DNA of 64,000 nt from contig NC_092673.1 in NCBI RefSeq assembly GCF_964355755.1, positions 16,737,648 through 16,801,647 on the forward strand, given 5' to 3'. Made by a program: the position numbers and the translations under genes. Of the stretch, positions 50,001 through 62,869 are shown piece after piece. The number at the start of each line of letters is the position of its first letter. Position 1 is the stretch's first letter. The stretch is from Antedon mediterranea (taxonomy: Eukaryota; Animalia; Echinodermata). Under the pieces are notes generated by a model. It saw only the letters and a list, made by a program, of their open reading frames with translations. It had not been told where the DNA came from and made no database searches.

Positions 50001-52607
50001 TTGGATGTCCCTGTCATCATCCATTTGGATACCATGCTTTGGTAGTGAGACACTAGAATCACTAGTACGTCTGTATCCCTAGAAGCAACTACAACTGTGT
50101 CGTATCGGACATTGGCAGCATGACAAGTCTCGTGTCCGATTCTTCATGGTCTGACCAGAGACAACGTATTCGTGTACAATTTTGATGATTTAACAACTGA
50201 TTCTTTCATAAATCCACCAGCTGTGACAATTTCTTTGTCTATAGGAGCTTGACGAATCAACTCCTCTGATAGAAATCGTGTCAGATCTGCATTATTATCT
50301 TGTAATGCCAACAAGTTTGACCAGCAATTTGGCAGCGGTATTTCACCACTTTCTATAATTCGACGAATTGGTCTCTGTGTTTTGGTTCATCTTTGTCTGG
50401 TGGTGTCCTTTATCGACAGTTTTAAGTTAGGCATGCCATGTTAAAAAAAAAAAAAATTACCTCCAACAAGCGATGCAGTGCACCAGCATCATATAAAAAG
50501 AGCACACTTCCAAGCACTCGTATTGAAAAAAGCTGTATCGCCAATCCAGCATTTGCCATCACCAACATATTTTGGTTGGGAGCTATCTAATGGTAAACTT
50601 CAACCAGTGCTTCTGAAAAATGAAGCTATTCCTACTGCTTCGTTAGAGATGATTTATTGTGGATGCAAGACACGATGCATAACCATATAGATGTAGGTGC
50701 AAAAAGTCAAAACTACCATGTACAGCTTTAATATGCTACTGTAACAACGCTAAAGATGACGGAAACCTTTGCATGAATGATCAAAACTGATGCCCTTAAC
50801 ATGTTCATTCCCAATGTAGCTTACGTGTTCACTATTCTTTCAAACCTATACAATTATAATCCATCATATTGATGGCAGGTAATTTCCAAATTTCCAAATG
50901 TGGCTGACGTGTTCAAATTCTTTTTTAATTCTATAATCATAATCCATCATATTGATGGCTGGTACTATACAATCATAATCCATCATATTGATGGCAGGTA
51001 ATTTCCAAATGTAGCTGACGTGTTCAAATCCTTTTTTAAATCTATAATCATAATCCATCATATTGATGGCAGGTAATTTTCTAATGTAGCTTATGTGTTC
51101 AAATTCTTTTTTAAATCTATAATCATAATCCATCATATTGATGGCAGGTAATTTCCAAATGTAGCTGACATGTTCACATTTAAAAAAATCTATAATCATA
51201 CTCCATCATATTGATGGCAGGTAATTTTAAATTTCAACAAATGTAACTTGCGTGTTCAATTTTTTTTTAAATCTATATAAATCATAACACATCATATTTG
51301 ATGGCAGTGAATTTTATAATTTTACTAATTATTATTGAGTATAAATAATTTCATAGTTATGCAATTATATTATATTATATTCAGTATACAGTAGGCCTAT
51401 GCTGTAGTTTAAAGGTCAATAACCATACTATCGGCCATTCTTGTACAAAATGTGCCATTAGACTGTATAGAAACACACATGTTTTAAACAATTTAAAAAG
51501 AAAAAAAAATTCATAAGACCACAATTTTCAAAGTTATATTATTATTATATTATTATATTTGACTAATAGTTCAAAGGTCAATAGTTGTAGAATCGGCCAT
51601 TTTTTGTAAAAACATTTCATTATAATAAATAAGAATGTATAGTTTCTGAACAATTTGAGCCCTATTTCGTGTCTCTCCGATTATTGGTTACTGAGATACG
51701 ATAAATCAAGGTCAAAGGTCAAAATGTCAGAAATACGACTTGCATCAATTTTTTGAGAAAATGTGTCATTAAAGTGAATATAAAAACATATATTTAAAAC
51801 ATTTTGACACCAAAATTAATTATCTGTGACTAGTGGTTCTCGAGATATAGGGTAATTATAAAAAATGGCCGCCATTTTTAATTATGCAAATTAAGGGCTT
51901 AGATGGCCGAATTTCGCTTGGGATCCGCCATATTCGTAATCAGCGAGGTCGAAATATCCTAAATCAAGTGGATCCCAGCTTCTACCCAAAAATGCTTCTT
52001 ACATCATATTTCAGAGGAAATAGAACTTGTCTATTGGTACTGTAGACCATGCACTGTGGCTGCTGTGTACAATCTCACAGTGTGTTGATTGACTTGGTAC
52101 TGTACACCATGCACTGTGGCTGCTGTGTACAATCTCACAGTGTGTTGATTGACTTGGTACTGTACACCATGCACTGTGGCTGCCGTGCACAATCTCACAG
52201 TGTGTTGATTGACTTGGTACTGTAGACCATGCACTGTGGCTGCTGTGTACAATCTCACAGTGTGTTGATTGACTTGGTACTGTACACCTTGCACTGTGGC
52301 TGCTGTGTACAATCTCACAGTTTGTTGATTGACTTGGTACTGTACACCATGCACTGTGGCTACTGTGTACAATCTCACAGTGTGTTGATTGACTTGGTAC
52401 TATAGACCATGCACTGTGGCTGCTGTGTACAATCTCACAGTGTGTTGATTGACTTGGTACTGTACACCATGCACTGTGGCTGCTGTGTACAATCTCACAG
52501 TGTGTTGATTGACTTGGTACTGTACACCATGCACTGTGGCTGCTGTGTACAATCTCACAGTGTGTTGATTGACTTGGTACTGTACACCATGCACTGTGGC
52601 TGCTGTG
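47049..52607. repeat. 60-bp minisatellite split into 47049-47854 and 52034-52607 by the palindromic element
   Basis: Unit ctgtgtacaatctcacagtgtgttgattgacttggtactgtacaccatgcactgtggctg, same orientation on both sides. Confidence 0.95.
47855..52033. mobile_element. Palindromic (foldback) Academ-like element inserted in a 60-bp minisatellite
   Basis: Termini TAGACAGGTTC / GAACTTGTCTA, 3-bp TSD ttg. Inverted arms ~47898-49675 and ~50424-52000 both carry HIKRAHFQA...FGW...CGCKT.C and the Cys-rich C-terminus. The minus-strand loop has DHEESDTR and VVVASRDTDV motifs. Confidence 0.8.
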
Positions 52608-53505
52608 AGTACAGTACATGCCGTATCTGAATTTCCTCAACTCAGGATGAATGCCACTATACATTTATGATACAGTTTTGTCACAATTGTGTGCATTAAC
52701 TATTATTACGTTATCAGATTTGTGATTTGTGATATGCATTATTTGTACTGACAAGTATCTGTCATCTATTATCATATCAATTGTCTGGTAAAATTGTCAA
52801 CTAGATGTTGTCTTATGATTACCTCATCCTTTGGAAAGGACATAAAGTTGTGAACAACATAAATAAACATTTTATATGTCAAGTAGGATAATTATAGGTG
52901 CTGTGCTGTACTATGGCTACTGTAAATCTGAATTCAGTTTACAGTTACACCGTCGAAAATACTTTTTATTTTTTTGTTTTATTGACATTAATTTATTGTG
53001 ACTTAAAAGTTTAATTTGTTTAAAAGAATATTACTATTTCTAATGTACAGTTTACTACAAAGGATTGTGTTGTTGTTTTTATGTGTTAGATTGTACACAT
53101 AAGGCATGTGCATTGTTACCTCACAAAATAAAACTGATAGGAAATTTAATTTCATTATGCAATTATTTTATCTTAATTAGTCAGTAAAACATTTTTTCAT
53201 GGCTTAGACTTAGAGCACTCTTCATACTAATGGAGATTTTGATGTATAAGTTTCATCCGATTAACAAATGGTAACATGCAATGACAGTTGACAAACATTT
53301 TGTGGTTTTAATAAATGAAATAATTTATTATATAATATAGAGTAAATTACACAGAAAAAGTAATGTGATGATGTGTGTTTGCCTAGCCTTTGTTTACTGT
53401 GCACTTTCACCTTGGCTGGAAAACCCCAGGGCAATTTACAGTCATTGTTGTCTTTCAGGTTTAGACACGCAAGTGACTATTAATCAGACCAAAACTGGTC
53501 AAACT

Positions 53506-54657
53506 AACATTACTATTTGTATGCCTAGTGACATTATTGACATAATTTCATAAACATCTTCATGTCGTACAACTACTCGTAACATTTTTCTCAACTTTCT
53601 ATCATCTAAAAGTCGTAGTTAGTCATGCCTCAGGTCACATTCTATGGTCACCGTACAGGTAGGCTACTACATTAGTACTTCTATGAATGGATGACTAGCC
53701 GGTGACAATAACGCTAGTTGGTCATACCCAGTACCGTTTTGATTTTACGATCATTCGGGAAACCACCTCACGACGATTATACAGGCCTAGGAGCCGACAT
53801 AGATCTCTAGTGGGATCTAACCGTCATAAGTCATTCCTCACATTCAAAATCTATTCTTTTAATTAACAAACATTTCCTTTTTCTACATTCTATACTACTT
53901 TTTTATATTCTACCATATTATATACCTATGTTATATTTTCGATCTTCTACTACTATGTACGATACACTTTATAAACATACACTATTGTACAACTCTGCAT
54001 CACGCACATCGTACGCAAGCATTTCATTCTATTACGCGCACGCACTAATATCGAACATAGAGTATTTTAAACTAAAACCATACAACAACAAGACATCCAC
54101 CGATTCAGTTCAAAACCATTTTAAGGTAAATTTTTAATTAATTATTTTCTATCCACTCTACCATTTTCATATAAAGATACCATGGAACCACGTCAGGTCA
54201 AGTTCAATATTGAATATCGAAACGTGGCAGGCTATATGGCGCTTGACCTTTGACAAGATCGCCTAAAATTTATAATTTAAATCTACGATACTTAGTATTG
54301 TATATTCAGGAATAGCCGCTCCATAGTCTCTTTGCTTTTCTTCCTTATATCTTATTCTTATTAACTCAAAATTATTTTTACTAACAAACATTACTATTTG
54401 TATGCCTAGTGTGTAAACCTTATTGACATAATTTCATAAACATCTTCATGTCGTACAACTACTCGTAACATTTTTCTCAACTTTCTATCATCTAAAAGTC
54501 GTAGTTAGTCATGCCTCGGGTCACATTCTATGGTCACCGTACAGGTAGGCTACTACATTAGTACTTCTATGAATGGATGACTAGCCGGTGACAATAACGC
54601 TAGTTGGTCATACCCAGTACCGTTTTGATTTTACGATCATTCGGGAAACCACCTCAC
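53506..54657. repeat. ~265-bp direct repeats (53506-53771, 54387-54657) flanking ~600 bp
   Basis: aacattactatttgtatgcctagtg...cgggaaaccacctcac occurs twice, near-identical. Confidence 0.85.
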
Positions 54658-54689
54658 AACGAAAATCTATTAACAGCTGCATGTGAGTT

Positions 54690-54927
54690 TGTTCTCTGTT
54701 TATATAAAATCTTTTATTTTCCATTGAATAGGCTGACATGCAAGACTGATTTAGGAAGTCATGTGACACACAGAACACAGCACACTTTGCATAACAATAA
54801 ACACCTTGTAGGCGGTTAGCGTCCTTTGATGTAGAGCTGTACAATCCCATTGCTTACCAGGAGGAGATGGAGCGTTCGTTTTAGACATTCATAACCATGA
54901 TTGTGTAATTTAATTCATTAGTGTGAG
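54690..54927 (+). promoter_or_regulatory. Paralogous promoter/first-exon block upstream of the pseudokinase
   Basis: aataggctgacatgcaagactgatttaggaagtcatgtgacacacagaa...taaacacctt matches 15750-15830 and 4408-4505. Confidence 0.45.
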
Positions 54928-57089
54928 CATGGATTAAAGAATAGAAGGATATGCATCAACGTGAGATCAAGGGTTCCTTGACTCTCGCCGACAGACCGCG
55001 GACCGCCCACAATGTTACAGTTTAATTAACCGCATGGTAACAACGAAACGAACGAAACGGTCGCATGCCTAATATATTGTTTACTGCACATGTGCAACGA
55101 CATTTAACCTTGTTGACTACGCTTCTTTCGCGCGTTCTTTGTTGCACTGTATGTATTCATACATATTTGAACAGTATAATCAGTGGCGTAACGGCTATGT
55201 GCGCTCACTGGCTAAACCGAAGCTTGGGGCCCATGAGCAGTGCCCAGAGGAACAGGCATAAAATATGTTGAAAATGCTAAAAACGTCCGAGGCCTCGATC
55301 TTTGAAACTTGGAGGGCCACTTAGGTTTCCTAAACAAGTGGCTTCAGGCCTCTGCCTCACGCCAATGAGTATAATGTTTATTGAAAACAGTTATTAAATT
55401 ACATTGTATGTTATTGTGAAGACCCTAGTGTAGGCCTACTTCATTAATATACCAGATAAAAACAATACTATATTGTTATTGGCTTAGAATTGTAGATGCT
55501 ATAATTTTAATTAGTATAGGTTTCTGCCGCGATTGATCTACGCTAATGTTTTAGGCCTATGACATTAAAGTAGCATTTTATGACCTGTAGTAGCCCTACA
55601 TCTGAGACAATAACTATTTATTTGTTGTCTCAGCCTACATGTAAAATTACAAAATCAGCAAGGATACTAGGCCTAGGCCTTCTAGGCTTACTAGTAAACC
55701 ATATGATTTGCCGACATTGATACTGCCTAGGTAGGCCTATGCTAATCTTAAGTGTAGTAGATACAACGTGTAATCATGATCTATATACAGTAGAACCTCC
55801 ATTTTACGTATGGTACGGGACCGAAAGGCGTACGTAAAACAAGGGATTCGTAAAATCAAGATTGACCTTAAATTGACCCCAAATACGTAGAGATCGTAGC
55901 TAGCCGTATTTGCCTACTTCTGTACTGTGTACAGTATGCGTCACTAGCTTAGCTAGGCCTAGGCTATTCAGGCTAGGCTAGCAGGCCTAGCAAGATGTGA
56001 GGCCTAACTAGAAAAGTACAGTATATACAGGCTGTGCGATGTTTAAATAAAGTGTAAAATATAATTGTTTTCTATCAATAAAAACAGTCGCTGCTTTAGG
56101 GGGAATGCACATGCGTAGCTTGTTCCCCACACAGCAGAATTCCTCACACAGCCATGATTGTGGCTTTGTGTGCTTTGTTGTTGTTAAATTGCGCCCTCAA
56201 TGTAAGAAAATGATGACGTCATCGGTTATTTTAAGCGTACGTAAAATCGAGGGAACGTAAAATCAGGGTACGTAAAACACAGGTTCTACTGTACTCACCG
56301 TTGTCTTACTTCTTGTGTGAATAATAATAGGTACTTCGTTTGTTCGTGATCAAGTTTGCCCTGCGTGTACTTTTCAAAACGACCGCTAGGTAACGAATCG
56401 CAACTATACATAGCCAGCCAATCCCGGATCAGGGATCGCTGTTTTCATTCAATTAGACCCGGTGATTGGATGTGATGTGGATGACATAACCACTAGCCAA
56501 TCATCAGGCACTACAATTTAAATAATCACATCGATAATTAAGGAGATTTATGAAGAAACCACTGCTTAGCCATATATTAAAAACACGATTGTTGTATGGG
56601 TGAACACTGGCCACGCTAATAACAACATACATGGTCAAATGCATAATTTAATATTCTATAGATTAACGCAATTTTTAATGACAGAAGATGGCAGGCAAAT
56701 AATGATAATTCAAATATAAAAATTGCATATTTTATTAATATTACCAACTACTTAAAATTACCAGTCGTAAGAAAGTGAACTTTTCGTAGTCCGATTGTGA
56801 TGAAACTAAAACAGAATTATTCAGCAATATATTTTTGTTGTCAATTAATCATCGAGGCAGACATGTCAATAGAACATTCAGACTGCGCATACGATTTCTA
56901 CATGGTTACGTTTTGGTCTAAAAAAATGTAACAGTTGATTCGCAGCGTTTTACAGAGGGCCGCGGTTAGAGTCACAGAGTTCAATGAGTGTGTTTGTTTG
57001 ATTGGCAGCAGTGCTTTAGTATAGGCAAGCGCGTTGTAAAATCGTTTGATGTCACCGTCGATGCATATCCTTCTATTCTTTAATCCATG
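54928..57089. mobile_element. P-superfamily-like non-autonomous element with nested MITEs
   Basis: 30-bp perfect TIR CATGGATTAAAGAATAGAAGGATATGCATC; 7-bp TSD gtgtgag; absent from the paralogous block at ~4610. Confidence 0.8.
55788..56291. mobile_element. Tc1/mariner-pogo-like MITE nested in the P-like element
   Basis: ta|CAGTAGAACCT ... AGGTTCTACTG|ta with cgtaaaa subterminal repeats. Confidence 0.75.
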
Positions 57090-57998
57090 GTGTGAGTTAT
57101 ATTATTTGTTTTTATTTCATTACAGCAAATTTTAGGCTAATTTTACTTTTTGTAGTAATATGAAGGTTAATAAAAAGCTAGTCAAACAATAATACAATAA
57201 CAATGTACGTTGGATTATAGTAAACATTAGCCAAAACAGGGTTCATTTATCCAGCAGAAGTATGTCGTGTGGTTTGATATGCTAAAGGCAAATTTACACA
57301 GACGAGCGGTAAAGGTGAGCGGAAAACTCACAACAGGATAGAAACAGATTTGATTTTGTAAAAATACCGCGCGGTAATTATGGATTCTGGCCAACCACCG
57401 AGATGATTGAAATGACATCATCTATCATATTAACAACTTTTTTTGCTCGAGTCTGTCGATTCAAAGCCGACAATAAATACGAGTGCTGTAGTAGGCCTAG
57501 CCTAGTTTTGGAATTTCTTACTCAGAAATATAAACAACTATGACGTGACTGTATAAGGATAGTGAAAAGAAAATATACATTTATAATGTTATTAGGCAAA
57601 AAGTCAAAACTTAGGCCTGTGTGTGCTAGGCCTACTGACAGTCAGGTCCATGCTCCAACTTTACGATTTTATTTTCTAATGTTTGGAACTTTTTCAGTGG
57701 TGGAGTTTTTTTAACGGTGACTTCAAACATATGATTCAAGAATACTGTGTAATTGAAGTTTACAAATCTTTTATTTAAATCTGTGCTATTCTTTTGGCTC
57801 ACAAATTACCAGTATGCAGTTGAGTCAAATAGAATGTTCAAGTTTGGTGATATGATTAAATGCCATGTAGAGAATTTTGATAGTAAATTAATGTTATAAT
57901 TCAATTTATTTGGATTTTTCTAATATTTATATACTATAACTTTGCATAAAGTACATAAATGGTTTGTTTTTTACAGAAAGTCATTTGGATGAAAAGTA

Positions 57999-60900
57999 AT
58001 GGCAACTATTAAGGCAGTAACAGATTTATATCCTGAACTTTTAGAAATACCAAAAGATGATGTTGAATTTGGACAATGTATCAAAAAGGGTCAAATGAGC
58101 AACGTGTTTAAAGGTGTTTGGAAAACTAAAGATGATTTTCCAGTTGTGATTCAACGTCTCCATGTTCCGGACATTGATGTTCTTACTTTAAGAAAAATTA
58201 AAGCAGATGAAGAAAAAAAAGACCTTGGTAGAAAGTTCATTGTAGAGGTTCTAGGGGTCATTACCAATGACCCATGGAGCTACTGTATTGTAATGGAATA
58301 TGCAGTCAATGGTTCATTATTCGATTATTTAAAGCAGAGACGAAAACAGCAGCAACCTCTGGAGAAGGACCAATTTTTCACTTGGACTCGCCAAAGTGCT
58401 CTTGCAATACAGTATCTTCATGATCTTGGCAAAATTTATTGTAACATCAAATCACCAAATTTTGTTATTACTGATAGATATAATTTGAAACTTTCCGATT
58501 GGACTGGATTTTCAATTTCTTTTCCATGGAAGGCCCCTGAAAGTTTTATAGATTGTGGGTCAGACATATACTCATACGGTGTTGTGATATGGGAAATGTG
58601 GACTTTGCGAGACCCACATGACACGGATAAGGTGGACAGTATGTATCCGCTAGATGAAGGAACGCCCTCTAAGTTAAAAGATATGCTGCATAGTTGCTGG
58701 GAGGTGGACAGAATGAAAAGGCCAAGTATTCCAGATATGCTGCAAACCATGGAGGATTTGTCTGTTACAATGGGGATTGAAATCAAAGATTTTATAGAGG
58801 TGTGTTTCCTAAATATCCTTTTCAATAAGATTTTAATCCAGTGAGTCTAGAGGTTCCCGGTGAAATTACAACCTCATCAAAAGCATTCAAACCCTTTACT
58901 TGGACTCGATATTTTTAGTCAACTGCTGTATGTAACTACAATAACATTTTAATTTTCTATAAAGTGAAATTCATTCCAATCCTCATTTTAAGATTTAAAG
59001 AATTAAAACATATACATAATTTAAAGCTATCACAATAAATTAAAAGAAAAATGAATTGAACACAATTAATGTATTAGAAATGCTTGCAGATATTATGTAC
59101 ATTAATACTAATATATTTTATTTTATAGATCCCAGAAGACTCTCCATTAGGTGATAGAGGGAGTGATAGTGATGTAAATGTAACAGGAACTTTAAAAAAG
59201 GTTAGTAAATAAAGTTTATGTGATTTGCCTATGAGTTTCATCTCTTTTGCCATTTTTCACATTCAAATATTTTGTTTATTCATGCCTAATTTTGCTCTTA
59301 TAGACTATTCTCTTTCGTTGGGGTTTTTATTTTGAATAAAATGGGTCACATGATTTAGCTATGCTGTAATGTATGTCCTACTGTATACAACAGAGATCAA
59401 TTCATACAGAAGCTACTAAGCAGACCATTTTGGTTGTACCAGATGTTGTGACACTCGACTGTAGTTGGCGGTAGGACAAGCCGTCTAGGGTCACATCTGG
59501 ACGCAATGTCCCCGGAACCACCGGTAGGTGGCGCTGTACACGACTATAGCTGTAACGGGACACTCAATACTTTCTTAGCGGAATATCAGGTAAAAGACCT
59601 GTGACGTCACAAAGAACGTCGTCTTCAGCATGTCTTCGGAAGCAACGTCTTCGGAGGCATTGAGATGCTCGGAAATGTCACCCAAACAAAGTTCAAAGTT
59701 CAAAATGATCATGTAAGACAATGAATAGGACTTTCGAGTATAGAAAAGATGTCAACACTGTTCTGATTGGTCGGTTAAAATGCTTACGTATAATCATAGT
59801 CAATTGCCTATGGTATAATATATGTTTTATTCATTCATATACAAAGTAAAACCCGATTGGATCAACAAACTGGATGGCTCAGTGGGCTTGTATTGAGGCC
59901 AGGGGGGTGCATGATCGCTTCTGTACTTGACAGTTTTTAAAATATTTGTTTGAGAGAGGTTATTTAGAGGGTTAGGTTTTATTTATGTTTTCCTTCAAGA
60001 CAAGTTCATAGTTGATAAAACTAAGCCGTCAGACAGATAGATACACTATTATTAGTATTAGACTAAACAACGATGCCACATACATGACCAATGTGAAGAC
60101 ACTATCCCAACATTCACTTCCAACATCAACATCAGTAGGTGAGATGAATAGGACTATTCATCATTACCCATACAGGGAATGCATCCTCTCACCACCAAAG
60201 TCCTTCATCAACAAGTCATCCTCCAAGCACAGGAACATAACACAAAGTATGTGGAACATCAAAACAGTTCAAGAATCGTTAGAAGACACTTCGCGATAAT
60301 TGCCCCATTATCAACAAAATTTCAATGAAGATTAATGAAGCGTTGACTGCTGATAAGGTATCAAAACCCCAGCGACCTACTCTACTTATTTTAAGCAATA
60401 TCGAAAAAGTCACACGTCGAGAAACGAAACTAATTATAGTGTAGGCATGTGTATCTCCCAAGATCCTCTTAAAATGATTGCTAATATCTATCGAATTATT
60501 GTTTACCATCTCGCCGCACATTGTCAAAATAAAATGTTAACCTGAACGGCGCTTAACTAGGCCAATATCATTTTCATTGCTAGGATAAGTGACACTGCAA
60601 ATGGAAATAAAAATGTGAAGTCAAGTAACAAACATAATATAAAAGCATTTCTGAAACGAGAACATGAAGTGAACTAAGAAATGTAGACGATAGATTCACT
60701 TTTTAACTTACGATACAATAATTAACAGCAGTTTTGTTTCTTGAGAGATAATCAGAAACGTTGTTAATTTTCGTTCCTTTGAGTCTAAACAACTTCCTTC
60801 ATTATAAGGTGAACGACCGTCATTTCTAATAAAATCGAGGAGGAAGAAGAAATCAAGATGCACATGTTTAAGTTGAATGAGTTCGTCATCAAAACATGCG

Positions 60901-61652
60901 TGTGTAACGTGTCATCATGCGCATAAACGTCACACGTAATGTAACAGCACAAGAGGCGACATCTGTCATATAAGCTTGTTTCTACGAATGTTATTATAGT
61001 TCGGATTTTCTTTTCTTTGCCGCCATCGAGTAACCTACCGTACTTAATTTGCTCGACGTATGCCGCTGCGGCACAACCTCAGAATACACATCAATATCGA
61101 TACTGTATTATTTGTATCATTGTACCAGAACATTCTATAATACACCGTCACATAAGTATCACATGTGATACCTGTAACATGCCATAAGCCTAACTTAATA
61201 TTAAACATTCCACATTTTACATATACATGTGAAAGAATCTGCCTATAATTTATAAGGGCAGACACTGATGTGTACAGATAATCGGATTAAAATCAGACAA
61301 AAATTCATTCATTGTTTGTATACAATATAAATAAAATAATAACCTGCATACTTTGTATACTGTACTATTCTCTAGTGCAATACAATATTTGACACTGACA
61401 GTGTTTGCAAATGGGTTATGTAGTATAATGCCAGATATTACTGAAATGAAAATACTATTATTTTTGCAGTGGTTTAGAAGTTTTTCTATTTGATTGTTTA
61501 ACTATAAAAGTAATTCACAAGATTATACATACACAAACAAATCTAATTTAGTTTGAAAAATAATGTATTGAAATAAATGTTACAGAATTTATTTTTTGTA
61601 CTGTAGATGACAACGCAATATGGTGAAATGGATGTAGATCCTACAACTTATG
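57999..61652 (+). CDS. TKL-group (ZAK/MLK-like) pseudokinase; 3' end uncertain, may continue beyond the window
   Basis: Exon 57977-58799 (ATG 57999) encodes a kinase fold: YCIVMEYAVNGSLFDYL, IKSPNFVI, FPWKAPE, SDIYSYGVVIWEM, CWEVDRMKRPS. Catalytic motifs are degenerate (VVIQ, YCN, DWT). In-phase downstream exons 59129-59200 and 61607-61652. Confidence 0.8.
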
Positions 61653-61879
61653 GTAAGTTTTTGAAAATTAAAATGTGATGAAAGGTGTATTTACTGTAGA
61701 TATTAGATTCTGCTTATTTTAACAGTGTGAGCATGGGTGACATTGAAATTTCAGATTCTGATGATGATTCTGATTTATTCCATGCACTTTCAATGTAGTA
61801 AGATTTAATCAAACCAACTTTATGTTAACCATGTTTCTTCTTTTAGCCGACTTGTCTGCCATCTGGCAAGTCACACAGT

Positions 61880-62700
61880 GTTTAATTGCCTCAGTAACAT
61901 GTACATCCATTTTAGGTCACGCAATTTAGTTCGAACTATGTCCCAATGGTGTTCGTGAGCAAGTTGAACTAACTGAGCAGTAAGTATTGAAGGTACAACG
62001 ACACGCTGACCCCTAAATATAATCCCATTGTGAGTAGCTAACTCATCCTAAATTCTGTTTGCGTAGTGGCTAATGTCACAAACCGCATCTTCATCATCCT
62101 TATTTATAGCCGAATCGGAAATTTGTATTGGTAATCGCGAAAGGGAGTCTGCAATTAATTTAACTCATTACTTGGGTGTGTTGACATCATCTTTTGAAAA
62201 CAAGATGGAGCTGATGATGAGCCAAAATAAACTGTACAAAAACGAAAAACACCATCATGTGTTATGAATGCTGTAAGGTCCCAACTATCAGAATCCAACT
62301 CGAGCTGGTGGTAAGCAGACTAATTTAGAAAAATGAGTTGCCCCTTGGGTCTCACTTATTAGCTCTTCCACTATAGCTTCATTCGGTTTCCATAAATCGA
62401 CACATATTCTGATGTTACTGTTTTTTTCCACGCTACTACTATAGGCGACACCCACTCAGAAGAATCAACTTTTTCATTGATGCCTTCAGAAACCACTGTA
62501 ATTCTTCAGAAACTGCTTGCCGCACCGTAAATGGAAGTTTACGTAGTTTTTGTTAAACAGGTTTTATATCAGGACAAACTTTGACCTTATGTGTAAAACT
62601 ACCTAGCCTTTCTGAAAACAAACATGGAAACTGTGATTGTACATCATTAAAAGTAGTCTCATAACATGAAAGTGTGCTCCCTTCAATATTGGGTAGTAAC
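61880..62700 (-). mobile_element. Degenerate Gypsy-like pol fragment
   Basis: Minus strand reads PDIKPV*QKLRKLPFTVRQAVSEEL...VDSSEWVSPIVVAWKK, the N-terminus of an LTR-retrotransposon RT, with stops and frameshifts. Confidence 0.7.
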
Positions 62701-62869
62701 AAAGTGCGAGGCAGCGAGGCACGCGAGGCAGGGAAGGCATGCGAGGCAAGTAAGAAATTTATGCGAGGCATCGTTTTACCATCATCAAAAAATGCGAGGC
62801 ATCATTTTATCATTTCTCAAAATTGCAAGGCAGGAAATCACCGAAATTGAAGTAGCCTAGGCCTAGGCC

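Noticed and set aside
47028-52664. Long His/Cys/Ser-rich ORFs (328 aa, 217 aa, 156 aa)
   Set aside because: They are translations of a stop-free 60-bp minisatellite, open in several frames on both strands, and their starts lie inside a transposon or flank.
61726-61800. Candidate further pseudokinase exon (…MGDIEISDSDDDSDLF…)
   Set aside because: The acidic frame is out of phase with the preceding exon (joining gives V-stop), so it cannot be supported as coding without transcripts.
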